64,000 bases of DNA, taken from positions 24,244,001 through 24,308,000 of the forward strand of contig NW_024704743.1 in assembly GCF_018977255.1 (NCBI RefSeq). Direction: 5' to 3'. Numbering within the stretch: position 1 is the stretch's first letter; each line of letters starts with the position of its first letter. The translations under genes and the position numbers were made by a program. Source of the stretch: Callorhinchus milii (taxonomy: Eukaryota). The notes beneath the pieces are model-generated. The model saw nothing but the letters and a program-made list of their open reading frames with translations. It did no database searches and was not told where the DNA came from. This document shows, one piece after another, positions 62,541-64,000 of the stretch.

Positions 62541-63545
62541 ATGCACACAATCAAAGTCAATAACCTTGTTTGTATCTATATAATTTCTGTGATCTAAAAA
62601 GGGGACTCCAGGTGGTAATCAAGTTTGTGATGCCAAGATGAATGAAATCAAGGGACCTTTCTTCATTCAAACCGTTCTTGTGGGGATGCCATTCCAGAAG
62701 TAGAGAATTTCAAAACTATTTGCCCTCCTATTATGAATACCACAATTTAGATCCCTCTGCCACTTAGAACCTAGGTATAAGCTCTCTCACTCTTCTTTTC
62801 TTCAATGAAGATGAGTTAAGATCAGGTAGCCTCTGCTCATAATATCGATGCCTAATTCCTGAAATCATCCTTGTCACTCTGCTCTCCAATTTTGCAATGT
62901 TCCTTGAACAACAAGATTACATTTGTATAGTGCCTTTCGGGTCGGGAAATTGAAATTGAAGCTAGAATGTTGAAAAATGTACACTTTTCCAAATGTAGTC
63001 TCATCGGTGATCTACACAAAGTTCATAGAACTGCTTAAAATTTGAAAGTGATAGAGAAATATTTAATAGTGATTGTTCATCATTCACTGAAATTGTCTTT
63101 CTCCACCTTTATCAATAGACCCTGTTTACTTGTGTACAAATGTTAACTATTTCCAGTTCCTTCCCAATCAAGAACAAACAATGCCCACTCTATTCATAAA
63201 CAAACAAGCATTATTACACTTTGGTCTCAGCTACAAAAATCAACCTACCTGCCAAATTAATACCATTGTGAGAAACTTTACAATATTCACAAACCGATGG
63301 GATGATGGCAAGTTTGATATAATTGAATTGTTGCATCACTGAATAGATTGGAAAGTTTATTAATTCTTAGTAAAATGCATTAAATATTAAAAATATTCAG
63401 CACATATTGCAACAAATATAATATGATAGTCTTTCCTGGAGAATAGGCCACTAGTAATGATGCCAGCAGAGTATTAGAAGCTGATTATACAAGAGACAAA
63501 AAAACTGAGTTAAAAAAATTTATTCAACCAATAATTGAACCTTTA

Positions 63546-64000
63546 GCAACAACAATAATACGATTACATTTGTATAGCGCCTTTCACGTGGGGAGGCGGA
63601 GTGATTGGGGGATGGAATTCCAGAGGTTGGGGGCAGAGTGGCTGAAGGCTATCCTGCCAATGGTGGGGCAGGTGGGTCGGGGGATGTGGAGCAGGCCGGA
63701 GCCGGCTGAGCGGAGGGAACGGGTGGGTTGGTAAGGGGTTAGGAGGTCGCAGAGTTATGGTAGGGCGAGACCGTGGAGGGCTTTGTAGGTGAGGGCCAGG
63801 ATCTTGAACTGCATCCTCTGAAGGATAGGAAGCCAACGGAGTCGGGCGAGAATGAAGTCAAGGAATTTGGTGCAGGAGAGGACACGGGCTGCAAAGTTCT
63901 GGATTATCTGCAGCCTGTGGAGGGAGGAGTTGGGTAGGCCAACAAGCAGGGAGTTTGCATAGTTGAGCTTGGAGGTGATGAAGGCATGAATAAGAGTTTC
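63546..64000 (-). mobile_element. L2 3' fragment running off the window edge
   Basis: Minus strand ETLIHAFITSKLNYANSLLVGLP..., reverse tail caacaac...tagcgcctttcacgtg. Confidence 0.9.

Noticed and set aside
13085..64000. Strand bias of L2 insertions relative to the host gene
   Set aside because: Roughly equal numbers on each strand.
1..64000. CRISPR array, operon or other prokaryotic/viral system
   Set aside because: No regularly spaced repeat-spacer units or long intact ORFs; the recurrent hairpins are dispersed retroposon tails.

Overview
Vertebrate nuclear DNA. The repeat content (DeuSINE/SacSINE1-like, L2 and CR1 LINEs, LF-SINE, Harbinger relics) points to a cartilaginous fish, plausibly a chimaera; this is inference. 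The window is almost entirely intronic sequence of a minus-strand GSE1-family gene. Only two coding exons are recognisable: 35138-35356 (219 nt, MSHEPK...[17 protein letters not shown]) and 15323-15519 (197 nt, ...[18 protein letters not shown]...), joined in frame across a 19.6-kb intron. The rest is layered repeats: young and old L2 fragments, old DeuSINEs, a younger chimeric tRNA-Ala/CORE/Deu-tail SINE, CR1 3' ends, LF-SINE copies, an unclassified poly(A)-tailed retroposon, fold-back MITEs and a decayed two-gene Harbinger transposon. The most interesting observation is that the 219-nt, phase-symmetric, stop-free exon is bracketed by closely similar inverted SINEs, a layout that could give a single-exon circRNA with an endless 73-codon ORF. 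Most ORF-track entries are repeat-derived or spurious. Repeat boundaries were read by eye and are approximate; family names come from recalled consensus sequences, not a database search.
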